From positions 4,000 through 67,999 of the forward strand of contig JAFLBE010000017.1 of assembly GCA_017303995.1 (NCBI GenBank): a stretch of 64,000 nt of DNA. The letters run 5' to 3'. Shown piece after piece: positions 26,979 through 36,696 of this stretch. This stretch comes from Bacteroidota bacterium (GTDB taxonomy: Bacteria > Bacteroidota > JABWAT01). Made by a program: the position numbers and the translations under genes. How positions within the stretch are numbered: the first letter of the stretch is position 1; every line of letters begins with the position of its first letter. The notes under the pieces were generated by a model. That model was not told the DNA's origin. It searched no databases and worked only from the letters and a program-made list of their open reading frames with translations.

Positions 26979-29471
26979 TTAAAGCCCTTCAATTGAAAAA
27001 CCAGCAAATAAGACTCTTGGAATTTCAATCTTTTTATTTATTGGAATTTCAAATATTTTATTGTTTTTCGATACTTGATGGTATTGGAAGTTTTCATTCA
27101 GATTGAACAGATTATAGATTCCGCCAAAAATAAGGAAACGAACCCATTTAAGTTCGTAGGATTTCCCTAATTTCAGTTTCAGAAACTGATTACCCGCTGA
27201 AAGCAAACCGTTCCGTCGCCCATACTCAACAAAAAATGCAGAAACAGCTATATCATCAATTAAAGTTGGCGTTTTTTGCTCGGTGTAAGGGAAGCCACTC
27301 TGATTTTTCCAAAGCAGATCAAAAGTAAAATGATTTTCTAATTTTAAACCAAATGCGAGCTCAAGCTTCCACGGATTGTAAAACATTCTCGGGACTGAAA
27401 TATTACTACCTTCAAGGGTGCTTTTCCCAATTCCATATCCAACCATCCAATAATGATAGGTTTCAGTTTGGCGAGCCATTAAATCAAACCCTTTTGAGAT
27501 ACCATGTGTCGGATTAAAATCATCATTTATTGGATTAAATAGCAGGCTCCGATCCTCAAAATTGTAAGTCTGATCATCAAAAAGCTGGTAATAGTTTTTG
27601 TAATAAAATGCTGTTTCAACAGTAAAATTCTTGTCGAAATACAATGTTCCTGAAGTATGTAACTGAACCGACTTTTCAGGTTTCTGAAAGGTTGGATTTC
27701 CTGATCCAATATCAACACGTTCAAATGGTTGAAATTGAGAATAATGCCCGATTGAAACCTTAATTAAAACAGGTTCAATAACCGTCCAAAGAAATGACAA
27801 TCGGGGATCAAGAAGAATCTGTGGGCTGCCGGTTCTGAAATCTGCACGAAGTCCTCCCGTAAGTAAATGCCTTGTAGATAGCTTTAAACTATATTGACTC
27901 CACAAACCAAATTGAACCGGATTTCTTTTTAAATTTACAGCTATAGTATCAATTAATTTAGGCGAGTTTCTGTATCGGATTTCATTAAATTTATACGAAA
28001 GCGTTCCGGCGTGTATTCCAAATCCAGCCTGTGCCAGATGACCAGATTTTGGTTCAAAAGTGACTTCCTCCTCAAAACCGGTTAAATCCATCCGAAAGTT
28101 GTCAGGGTTGTTTTTCGAGATTGAGTTAAAAAAGTCAAATTCAGCCAGTCTGTTGGTAGATTGTCTGCTGATCGTCGTTTTTATTAGGGTGTGGTTATTA
28201 AACATCCAATCGTGATTTAACCAAAACGCTCCGCTTGTTTTTTCGGAATTAATATTGGGTGTCCAGATTTTTGAATTTCTTTTAGCTTTGAATTTATCGT
28301 AGCCTGTAAGAATATTAACTTCAATTTTTTGGTTTTCTGTTGGTTTAAAATTAAAGGTACCAAAGAAGTCAGAGTAGAAAGGCACCAGGTTTTTACTGTC
28401 GTATGCATCCCTGTAAAGAGTTCCCAGATTCCCGGTTCTATAGCTGATTAATCCGGAATACCCCTTAAGGCTTGCCCCGGCAACTGCTGATGTTCCGGTT
28501 TGATCGGTTGTTACTTTCCAGCCGGGGTGGTTGGTTTTGGTAGACATTTCAAAAACACCAGACATTCGGTTTCCATATTTTGCAGAAAATCCATCCCGGT
28601 ATAAATTGTGGTTTTCAAGCAGATCCTGATTGACTATACTCGTAAGATTAAAAAAATTGTCGAAATGATACGGGGTAAGTAATTCAAGATTGTTCAGAAT
28701 GATTTTGTTTTCGTCGGGATGACCGCCCCTTATACTGAAGTTGGCACTGATTTCATTTCCGGTTACACCCGTAATTGACTGAAGGGATCTGAAAACATCC
28801 TGATAATAATTGTAGGTGGTCGTAATTTCAGGAATTTCTGTATATCTGAGTTTTTCAGTCGAAAGTTGATCGATAGGATTAAGTACAATAATTTCTTCAG
28901 TTGATAAATCTGAAGGATTGAGCTGGAACTTGTGGGTTAAATTTTGCTGCGGATTAAAACATACAAAGGCTTTTTGGCTACGGTATCCAAGCCTTGAGAT
29001 AACGATTTTATAAATCCCCGAAGGAACAGACTTGAAGGATATTTTGCCTGAATCATTAGTTTGTGCAAAAAATTTTGAGTCGTCTGAATAAAACAAACAA
29101 TCCGAAATGGGTTCACCGGTTAACTTATCTGAAACTGTTCCACTAAAAGTACCAGATTTTCGGTATTTACTCCTGATTACAGTTATTGAACTATCTGCAT
29201 CAAACAGGAAACTAATGGAGTGTTTTCTGGAAATATCATAAAGAATTTCAACCAGATGGCTCTTGTAATAGGTCCCCGAAATTGTTTTTCCTGTAACCAG
29301 ACTGTCTGGGAAAATTATATTTCGCCCACTCAGATTTGCCAGAGAAAATAAAGCAAAGTCCAGCTTTTCATCTTTTAAAAAAAGATGATTTATTTCTTGA
29401 CCGATCCCATTATCCGGAATGAGGGGTACAAGATATAATATCAGCGAAATGACCGTTGTTTTTACAGTCAT
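26979..29471 (-). CDS. TonB-dependent outer-membrane transducer with N-terminal STN signalling domain and carboxypeptidase-regulatory-like domain
   Basis: STN-like stretch LDFALFSLANLSGRNIIFPDSLVTGKTISGTY...LVEILYDISRKHSISFLFDADSSITVI. CarbopepD_reg-like GTVSDKLTGEPISD...SGIYKIVISRLGYRSQ. Long beta-rich C-terminus. Sits adjacent to FecR and ECF sigma genes. Confidence 0.6.
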   Translation of the reverse strand: MTVKTTVISLILYLVPLIPDNGIGQEINHLFLKDEKLDFALFSLANLSGRNIIFPDSLVTGKTISGTYYKSHLVEILYDISRKHSISFLFDADSSITVIRSKYRKSGTFSGTVSDKLTGEPISDCLFYSDDSKFFAQTNDSGKISFKSVPSGIYKIVISRLGYRSQKAFVCFNPQQNLTHKFQLNPSDLSTEEIIVLNPIDQLSTEKLRYTEIPEITTTYNYYQDVFRSLQSITGVTGNEISANFSIRGGHPDENKIILNNLELLTPYHFDNFFNLTSIVNQDLLENHNLYRDGFSAKYGNRMSGVFEMSTKTNHPGWKVTTDQTGTSAVAGASLKGYSGLISYRTGNLGTLYRDAYDSKNLVPFYSDFFGTFNFKPTENQKIEVNILTGYDKFKAKRNSKIWTPNINSEKTSGAFWLNHDWMFNNHTLIKTTISRQSTNRLAEFDFFNSISKNNPDNFRMDLTGFEEEVTFEPKSGHLAQAGFGIHAGTLSYKFNEIRYRNSPKLIDTIAVNLKRNPVQFGLWSQYSLKLSTRHLLTGGLRADFRTGSPQILLDPRLSFLWTVIEPVLIKVSIGHYSQFQPFERVDIGSGNPTFQKPEKSVQLHTSGTLYFDKNFTVETAFYYKNYYQLFDDQTYNFEDRSLLFNPINDDFNPTHGISKGFDLMARQTETYHYWMVGYGIGKSTLEGSNISVPRMFYNPWKLELAFGLKLENHFTFDLLWKNQSGFPYTEQKTPTLIDDIAVSAFFVEYGRRNGLLSAGNQFLKLKLGKSYELKWVRFLIFGGIYNLFNLNENFQYHQVSKNNKIFEIPINKKIEIPRVLFAGFSIEGL

Positions 29472-29492
29472 TCAGTACTCTTCTTTCCTGAT

Positions 29493-30503
29493 TTATTTAA
29501 AAAGGGTGTAAACAGAACCCTCTTTTGTATACTGGAGATTCATTGCAGAACAAACCGATTGAATAATCCCTTCTTCTGTCTGAAACTCGTAAATTCCAGA
29601 AACTGTTTGGGATTTAATTTCCTGATTTTTTATTAAAATTGTTACACCGAAATGTAAAGATATTTCTTTCATCAGGGTTATTACCGGAATTTTTCTGAAA
29701 ACTAAACGATGGTTATCCCATTGAATGATATCAGTTCCTTTTTTGTCAAGGTCAGGGCGAATCACCAGACTATCTGAAACAGACCCAGACATACCCGAAT
29801 TCAAAATTTGCAAAGTTGAATCACCGGTCAGTTTTTGAAGAGTAACTAACCCTTCAGTAACGGTGATATGGGTAAATTTTTCCTGACTTCTCACCGTGAA
29901 ACGGGTTCCAAGAACTTTAATAGTAGCATTCTGAGTTTTGACAATAAACGGAGTATGAATATCACGCTGAATGATAAAGTAAGCCGATCCTGTCATTTCA
30001 ATTTGTCTGTTAAAAGGGGTTGGTATGGTTAGTTTGCCATCATTGTAAAGGATGATCTGTGAACCATCTTCGAGAAGAATTTCATTTGTGCCTGAAAAAT
30101 GCTCATTCAAGTCTGTTCGATAATTTTGAAACCAGAAAATGAAACCAAAAGCAATAATCAGAACTGCTGCAGCAGACCAGCCCAAAAGTGAACGGGATTT
30201 ACTTAATCGAAAAGAACGGGAGTTCTCCTGCCGTGCGATTTTTCCCTTTAATTGTTCCCAGTCTTCATTTTGAAAGATATCAGGCCGGCTTTCGGGTGCT
30301 GTAAAAATTTCAGACAATAACTTGTATTCATCTGCATTTCCCTCAGATTCCTTTATCCAATCAGCAAGCTCGCCCTTTTCGTTTTCTGAAAGGTCACCTG
30401 AGAGAGATTTTCCGATAAGTTCATTTAGGTCTTTTTTCATTGGCAACTGAAAATATTTCGCATAATTCCCATACGTGTGATCATGATGAAAACCCTTTAT
30501 CAA
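29493..30503 (-). CDS. FecR-family transmembrane anti-sigma factor
   Basis: Single TM (LLGWSAAAVLIIAFGFIFWF). FecR domain pattern GSAYFIIQRD..PFIVKTQNATIKVLGTRFTV. The start is probably an internal Met (MKKDLNEL). Confidence 0.65.
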   Translation of the reverse strand: MIKGFHHDHTYGNYAKYFQLPMKKDLNELIGKSLSGDLSENEKGELADWIKESEGNADEYKLLSEIFTAPESRPDIFQNEDWEQLKGKIARQENSRSFRLSKSRSLLGWSAAAVLIIAFGFIFWFQNYRTDLNEHFSGTNEILLEDGSQIILYNDGKLTIPTPFNRQIEMTGSAYFIIQRDIHTPFIVKTQNATIKVLGTRFTVRSQEKFTHITVTEGLVTLQKLTGDSTLQILNSGMSGSVSDSLVIRPDLDKKGTDIIQWDNHRLVFRKIPVITLMKEISLHFGVTILIKNQEIKSQTVSGIYEFQTEEGIIQSVCSAMNLQYTKEGSVYTLFK

Positions 30504-31038
30504 GATTTTCCCGGATTGCTTTAATCAATTTAGTCATTCTGGCTTCCACTGTTTTTACCGAGATACCAAGAATGACTGCAATTTCCTGATTTTTGTAACC
30601 TTCATGTTTGCTTAAAAGATACACCGCCTTTATTCCATCGGGCTGGCGTTCAATTACAGCCCGTACCTGGTCTGTAAGATCACCGCTGGCTGTTTCAGCT
30701 TCTGTGTGCTGACGCATACTCTGTTCATCAGAAAAGTCATCAAAATCGAGATGATGAGACGATGTCTTTCTGAAATGGTCAATAATTTGATTGTTTGTAA
30801 TCGTAAAAAGGTAGGATTTAAGCGACCGTGAAGCATCCAGATCACTTCGGGTTGACCAAATTTTCAAAAAGGTGTTTTGAAGAATATCTTTTACTTCAGA
30901 TTCATTATGAAGCCGTTTGATGGAAAAATAAAAAAGCGGGGAATAATACCTTCTGAACATTTCCTGAAATGCGTCTTCATTCCCTTCAGAAACTAATTTT
31001 GCTAAATCCTGATCTGAATATTCTGACTTGTTCTTCAT
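30481..31038 (-). CDS. ECF-type RNA polymerase sigma factor (sigma-70 regions 2 and 4). The ORF is open up to 31188 but the likely start is Met51.
   Basis: Region 2 FQEMFRRYYSPLFYFSIKRL...LQNTFLKIW. Region 4 HTH KAVYLLSKHEGYKNQEIAVILGISVKTVEARM. It is 185 aa from MKNKSEY, which is the typical ECF length. Confidence 0.7.
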   Translation of the reverse strand: MKNKSEYSDQDLAKLVSEGNEDAFQEMFRRYYSPLFYFSIKRLHNESEVKDILQNTFLKIWSTRSDLDASRSLKSYLFTITNNQIIDHFRKTSSHHLDFDDFSDEQSMRQHTEAETASGDLTDQVRAVIERQPDGIKAVYLLSKHEGYKNQEIAVILGISVKTVEARMTKLIKAIRENLDKGFSS

Positions 31039-31352
31039 GCTTGATTTTAAATTTAAATCAGATTTTAGCGTTCGTATTCGTCTATTTCTAACAATATAAT
31101 TATTTTTCAGCATAATCAGGAAAGAAAACCTGTATAAAAATAAAGTACTGTTAAGAAAACGCAATTTTATATAAAGTAACCCAACCAATTACCATTTCAG
31201 TTTTCAATTTGTTGGGTAACTCTAATAACCGACACAATGTCATCCTCAACATGGTTGGGTCAACGCAGTTCTGCGACGCTCATCCATTACAAGGAAAATA
31301 AGGCGGTTTTTTGATGTACCCTGTTTATAAAACCTCCATTTAGGATGAAGTA

Positions 31353-33047
31353 ATGATTTTCTACCGTTTTAAAAGTTTCTTTTATTTAGGTATCTGGCTT
31401 TTGTTTTATGCTGGAAAAATACACGCACAGGCAGAAAATATCCCATTAAATAATGAGGTTTATGAATTTTTGAAGGAAATGAGTGTGAAAGGTTTACTTC
31501 CTTCCCTGCATGATGCAAATCCAAATAAAACCCGGCTTGAAATTGAAAGATGGCTCAAATCACTCGACCATGTTAAAAGTCAGCTAACTGAAACTGAACA
31601 AAACCGTCTGCGAAAATTTTCTGATGAGTTTAATCCGGAAATTCTGAAAACGGACAAAGAATACGAGTTATTCGATTTTGAACGACCCTTCGTGAAAGTT
31701 TTTACTGAATTTTATAGCGACAAAGTAAAAAATGTGTATGCCTATCGGGATGAATATGCAAATATTTATATGGAAGGTGTCGGCTATTTCACCTATTCTG
31801 GTGAAACCGGGGAAAATCCGAATCATCAGGCTTTGCTTTATGATGGCGGATTCCGGTTTATGGGAACCGTTTTTAAAAATCTGGGGTACAACGTTTCGGT
31901 AATAAAAGGCGGTGCAAACGGGTACCAACCGCTTCAGATAAAAACCGATCCAAGGCTGACGTACAGTTTCAAATACAATGAAAATCTGGAACCGGTAAAA
32001 AATTATGATTTCACCCAGGGTTACCTTCAATATGTATCTGAACCAGCACCCGGCTCAATTCTTGCCGTTCAACTCGGACGTGAAACAACACGTTATGGAT
32101 ATGGTTATGGCAATAGTTTGATTTTATCTGGTGAACAGCCCGACCTTGATTTTTTTAAGTTCCGAATGAATTACGGATATTTCTCTTTAACCTCCATGCA
32201 TGCCTCTACAGTGGGCAAGTTTAACGTTGACCGTTCAAAAAATTATACAAAATATCTCGCATTGCACCGGCTTCAGCTTTCATTTCCCGGGCTATTTGAT
32301 ATTGCTGTCGGGGAAGCAACAGTTTATTCAAGAGAACTTGAAATTGCCTACCTCACACCACTTTCGTTTTTTAAGTTTCTTGAACTTTCCCTGCAGGATC
32401 GCGATAATAATCTGTTTTGGGCTGACTTTCAGACCCACTTTATTCCTGGATTTGAAATTCAGGGAACTTTTATGATGGATGAAGATATTCTGTCAAATCT
32501 TGGCGACCTTAACCGTCATTCAAATAAAATTGCACTTCAGGGTGGGTTTTGGTGGGTTGCTCCACTTGGCGTTCCTGATCTGAATCTTGTTATGGAATAT
32601 ACCTGGATTCGCCCATATGTCTATTCCCATCTCGATTCAGTTGATACTTATACCGCATACAACTTTCCGTTGGGTCATCGTATTGGTCCCAATTCTGATG
32701 AATTAATGACCCGGTTTTTTTATTATCTGAATAGTTCTGTTAAATTAACACTTGAACACAGATTCATCAGATCAGGTGAGAACCAATACGACAGTGACGG
32801 GAAACTGATAAACAATGTTGGCGGAAATATTTTCGAACCGGTCAGAATTCCGCAAGATCCGGAACGGGTTTTCTTTCTGGATGGAAATAAACGACGAACT
32901 CAAAGATGGAAATTCGATGTGAGAGTTGAGTATTCACGGAACAATTATCTGAATTGGGTGTATGATCTGACAGATGTCACCCAATTTACTGAAAAAAAAT
33001 CGGACAGCTATGGGTTTAGCTACCTGAAATATACAATTGAATATTAA
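31353..33047 (+). CDS. Secreted/outer-membrane hypothetical protein (possibly Wzi-like capsule assembly beta-barrel)
   Basis: Signal peptide. Tyr/Gly-rich beta-strand-like composition throughout. No confident family assignment. Confidence 0.3.
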   Translation: MIFYRFKSFFYLGIWLLFYAGKIHAQAENIPLNNEVYEFLKEMSVKGLLPSLHDANPNKTRLEIERWLKSLDHVKSQLTETEQNRLRKFSDEFNPEILKTDKEYELFDFERPFVKVFTEFYSDKVKNVYAYRDEYANIYMEGVGYFTYSGETGENPNHQALLYDGGFRFMGTVFKNLGYNVSVIKGGANGYQPLQIKTDPRLTYSFKYNENLEPVKNYDFTQGYLQYVSEPAPGSILAVQLGRETTRYGYGYGNSLILSGEQPDLDFFKFRMNYGYFSLTSMHASTVGKFNVDRSKNYTKYLALHRLQLSFPGLFDIAVGEATVYSRELEIAYLTPLSFFKFLELSLQDRDNNLFWADFQTHFIPGFEIQGTFMMDEDILSNLGDLNRHSNKIALQGGFWWVAPLGVPDLNLVMEYTWIRPYVYSHLDSVDTYTAYNFPLGHRIGPNSDELMTRFFYYLNSSVKLTLEHRFIRSGENQYDSDGKLINNVGGNIFEPVRIPQDPERVFFLDGNKRRTQRWKFDVRVEYSRNNYLNWVYDLTDVTQFTEKKSDSYGFSYLKYTIEY

Positions 33048-33130
33048 TGAAGATCAGGTTTCCTGATAGAAATGGGTTCGAAATGATTTTCCTGTTTTTA
33101 TTTACTTACCTGTGACCCGGAGAGAAAAAC

Positions 33131-34762
33131 GTGCAGATGACAAAGCGACAACTTTTATATTTAGGCGGACTTGTTTTATTGGTCGGATTTCTTGGTGGCA
33201 TGACCACTCAGTATTTTATGGGTGATGATCAGGCCTACCGTCAGATTGCCAAACTAAATAAGGTAATGAAATTAGTAATGACCAATTATGTTGATTCTGT
33301 TGATTCAAAAAAAGTAGTTGCGGGCGCAATAGAGGGAATGCTTGAAAAACTGGATCCGCATAGTGTTTATATTCCACCAAAAGATCTCGAAAGAGTTAAT
33401 GAAGATTTCAGAGGTAAGTTCGAGGGTATAGGAGTTGAATTCAGAATTATTTCTGATACAATTACCATTACCAACCCAATTCCGGGCGGGCCAAGTATTA
33501 AGTTGGGAATTCAGGCTGGTGACAGAATTATTGGCATTGATGACTCAACCGCAATCGGTCTTAAATCAGATCGTGTTCCTAAAAAGCTCAGAGGACCAAA
33601 GGGTACAAAAGTAAAAGTTACCGTTTACCGTCCCTCACAAAAAGCCAACCTTGACTTTATCATTGTTCGTGATGAAGTTTCTCTTTTTTCTGTTGATACT
33701 TTTTTCCTGATTGATAATGAAACTGGTTATATAAAAGTAAATCGGTTTTCATCAACAACACACGATGAATTTTTAAAAGCTTTAAAAGGACTCAATAAAA
33801 AGGGAATGAAAAGGTTGATTCTCGACCTAAGAGGGAATCCCGGCGGATTTTTAGATCAGGCTGTTCAGATGGCAGATGAATTTTTGCCTGATGGGAAAAG
33901 AGTTGTTTATACAAAGAGCCGTGATTCACGCAGCGAAGAGTCCTATTCTGCTACTTCATCAGGAGTTTTTGAAACCGGAAATCTGATCGTTTTGATTGAC
34001 CGGTCGAGTGCAAGTGCTTCTGAAATCGTTGCAGGTGCCGTTCAGGATTGGGATCGTGGACTCATTGTTGGTGAAACCTCGTTTGGCAAAGGCCTCGTTC
34101 AGAAGCAATATCCCCTTGATGAAGATAACAGCGCACTAAGGCTCACGGTATCCAGATATTACACACCTTCTGGCAGACTTATCCAGCGCAGTTATGAGAA
34201 CGGGAAAAAACAATATTACAGTGACCTGAGAACAAGAAAAGAAAAAACTGCAATTTCTGCAGCAGAGCTACAGTTTCCTGATAGTACACACCCGGCATTT
34301 AAAACAGCAGGAAACCGGACAGTTTATGGGGGCGGTGGAATCAATCCTGATTATTTTGTACAGGCTGATACTTTAAGTGACTATACAGGAGACCTGATCA
34401 GAAAAAATATTTTCTCTGATTATGCACAAGTCTACCTGGACGGAAATCGTGAAAACCTGAAGAAATCATTTAAAACCCTTGCGGATTTTGAAAATAAGTT
34501 TGTAATTTCTGCTGAACTTATGCAAAAATTTGACGCATATGCCGAAAATCATGGCGTAAAATTGCCCAAAGTTGTAAGTGTTGAAGATCAGGGTTGGAAA
34601 AAAAACTACTTAAGTGCATTAGTGGCGAGACAACTTTGGGGTGATACTGGCTTTTACAGGGTCAATTTGAAATCTGACAAAGTTCTGATTACTGCTCTGG
34701 AGCTTTTTAAAACTTACAGCACGGCCATTGATACCTCTGGGCAGGCATTAATTTCACGCTGA
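33131..34762 (+). CDS. ctp: C-terminal processing peptidase, S41 family (Ctp/Prc-like)
   Basis: N-terminal TM. PDZ domain GVEFRII...PIPGGPSIKLGIQAGDRIIGID. S41 catalytic region LIVLIDRSSASASEIVAGAVQDWDRGLIVGETSFGKGLVQ. Confidence 0.85.
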   Translation: MQMTKRQLLYLGGLVLLVGFLGGMTTQYFMGDDQAYRQIAKLNKVMKLVMTNYVDSVDSKKVVAGAIEGMLEKLDPHSVYIPPKDLERVNEDFRGKFEGIGVEFRIISDTITITNPIPGGPSIKLGIQAGDRIIGIDDSTAIGLKSDRVPKKLRGPKGTKVKVTVYRPSQKANLDFIIVRDEVSLFSVDTFFLIDNETGYIKVNRFSSTTHDEFLKALKGLNKKGMKRLILDLRGNPGGFLDQAVQMADEFLPDGKRVVYTKSRDSRSEESYSATSSGVFETGNLIVLIDRSSASASEIVAGAVQDWDRGLIVGETSFGKGLVQKQYPLDEDNSALRLTVSRYYTPSGRLIQRSYENGKKQYYSDLRTRKEKTAISAAELQFPDSTHPAFKTAGNRTVYGGGGINPDYFVQADTLSDYTGDLIRKNIFSDYAQVYLDGNRENLKKSFKTLADFENKFVISAELMQKFDAYAENHGVKLPKVVSVEDQGWKKNYLSALVARQLWGDTGFYRVNLKSDKVLITALELFKTYSTAIDTSGQALISR

Positions 34763-34957
34763 GATTAGGTTTTTAATAGAAATTTAAAAAATAAGTGTGA
34801 TTTTTCAGAATAAATAAAAGATCATTTGTATATTTGTCTGAACCAAGACGAAAAGTCTTAAAAATAGATGTTTTACGCCAATTGACATTTGTAAACCAAT
34901 CTTTTACCTTAGCAAGCGCTTTTACAAAACTGGTCAAATAGAAAAGGAATAATACCA

Positions 34958-35653
34958 ATGCTTCTGAACACCCTTGTTCTCATCCAGGACTTAACAACTC
35001 AGCCTACCTACGATATGAACTGGTTAATCTCCAAGTTTAACGAAGGTGGTCTCTTTATGTGGCCTATTCTGTTTTTTTTCATTCTGGGATTAGCCGTTTG
35101 TCTGGCTAAATTCTGGGCTCTAAACCGTGCTTCAATCAACACACGCAAGTTCCTTGTTGAAGTTAAAGCCGCACTTGATCAGGGTGGTGTAAAAGCCGCT
35201 GAAGAAGTTTGTGCCAACACTCGTGGGCCAATCGCTTCTGTATTTCAGGCTGGCTTACTTCGTGCTGAAGAGGGAATAGATGCAGCAGAAAAAGCAATTG
35301 TTGCTTATGGACAAATTGAAATGTCATTCCTTGAAAGAGGTCTGATCATCGTTTCAACTTGTATTTCAATTGCACCGATGCTTGGCTTTACCGGAACAGT
35401 TCAGGGGATGGTTGATGCCTTCGATGCTATCAAGGCCGCAAATGACATTTCTCCTGGCGTAGTTGCCGGCGGTATCGCAGTTGCCCTTCTTACCACCTTA
35501 TTTGGTCTTGTTGTAGCTATGATTCTTCAGATTTTCTACAACTACTTTGTTTCAAAGATCGACCGTATTGTTATGGATATGGAAGAATCTTCTATTGAAT
35601 TGATTGACTCTCTGGTTCTTCTCCAACGTGGCAAAAAAGCCTCAGGAAATTAA
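34958..35653 (+). CDS. exbB: MotA/TolQ/ExbB proton-channel protein
   Basis: Three TM helices with the conserved MotA/TolQ/ExbB signature (GPIASVFQAGL...APMLGFTGTVQGM). Confidence 0.8.
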   Translation: MLLNTLVLIQDLTTQPTYDMNWLISKFNEGGLFMWPILFFFILGLAVCLAKFWALNRASINTRKFLVEVKAALDQGGVKAAEEVCANTRGPIASVFQAGLLRAEEGIDAAEKAIVAYGQIEMSFLERGLIIVSTCISIAPMLGFTGTVQGMVDAFDAIKAANDISPGVVAGGIAVALLTTLFGLVVAMILQIFYNYFVSKIDRIVMDMEESSIELIDSLVLLQRGKKASGN

Positions 35654-35691
35654 TTGGTATTTAGTCAACTTACTCAATCAGGAATTTTACA

Positions 35692-36240
35692 ATGGCCTTA
35701 ATGAAAAAAAGAAAACGTGACACTCCGGAAATCCCGAGTGCTTCTATGGCCGACATCGCTTTTCTGCTCCTGATTTTTTTCATGGTTACCACTACGATAG
35801 ATGTTGATACCGGTATTGGGCTGGTTTTGCCTCCTCCGGTTGATCCAAGTGCTACACCTCCGCCTATCAAACAACGGAATGTTCTTAAAATCCTTGTTAA
35901 CAGCGCAGGTCAGGTTTTGGTTAATGATGAAGAAAGTTCAATTTCAATGATCAGGGAACTTGTTAAAAAGCATACCACAAATAATGGTGCTGATGAACGG
36001 TTCGCTGAGTCAACTGAAAAAGCGCTGCTGTCAGTAAAGGTTGATCGTGAAACTTCTTATGATATTTTCATGAAAGTTTACGATGAAATCAATATGGGAT
36101 ATCTGGATTTGCGCCGTGCCTATGCAAGCCAAACTTACGGAACACCCTATGAGAGACTTTCTGATGCCCAAAAGAAGGATGCTGACGAAAAGTATAGAAA
36201 AAAAATATCCTTCGCAGAACCTGAACAGTCAAGTAAATAA
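35692..36240 (+). CDS. exbD: ExbD/TolR biopolymer transport protein
   Basis: N-terminal PSASMADIAFLLLIFFMVTT is the ExbD/TolR TM signature. Confidence 0.75.
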   Translation: MALMKKRKRDTPEIPSASMADIAFLLLIFFMVTTTIDVDTGIGLVLPPPVDPSATPPPIKQRNVLKILVNSAGQVLVNDEESSISMIRELVKKHTTNNGADERFAESTEKALLSVKVDRETSYDIFMKVYDEINMGYLDLRRAYASQTYGTPYERLSDAQKKDADEKYRKKISFAEPEQSSK

Positions 36241-36252
36241 GGGGTTTCTGAT

Positions 36253-36675
36253 ATGAAATTCGAAAAAAAGCAGGCGAATACAAAGCAGGAAATCCCAACG
36301 GCCTCCATGCCGGATATTATTTTCATGCTTCTGTTTTTCTTCATGGTAACCACAACGCTTCGGGATACAACCTTACTTGTTAAATTTGTTCTGCCCAAAG
36401 CTGAGGCAATTGAGAAAATTGACAAGAAAAGATTTGTTTCCTACATTTTTGTGGGAAATGATGAACGAATTCAGATTGATGATGCCATCGTTGATCTTCA
36501 GAAAATCGAAAAAATCATGGCTCAAAGACGAATTGATATTCCTCAATTGATTGTATCCCTTCGGGTAGACAGAGATCAAAAAATGGGAATTATCACTGAT
36601 ATTCAGCAGAAACTCAGAAATGCTGATGCGCTTCGTGTGAATTACTCTGCAAAACCAAAAGAGAAGCAACTCTGA
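36253..36675 (+). CDS. exbD: ExbD/TolR biopolymer transport protein (second copy)
   Basis: PTASMPDIIFMLLFFFMVTT signature; 140 aa. Confidence 0.75.
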   Translation: MKFEKKQANTKQEIPTASMPDIIFMLLFFFMVTTTLRDTTLLVKFVLPKAEAIEKIDKKRFVSYIFVGNDERIQIDDAIVDLQKIEKIMAQRRIDIPQLIVSLRVDRDQKMGIITDIQQKLRNADALRVNYSAKPKEKQL

Positions 36676-36696
36676 GTTGTTTTTCTTTTTAATGAC

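Noticed and set aside
31353-33047. Calling this ORF a Wzi capsule-assembly protein
   Set aside because: Based only on overall composition and neighbourhood. I could not identify a diagnostic Wzi motif, so it is listed as a hypothetical outer-membrane protein.
34773-34958. 61-aa minus-strand ORF between ctp and exbB
   Set aside because: Lies in an AT-rich promoter/intergenic stretch. No RBS or domain signal. More likely the exbB promoter region.
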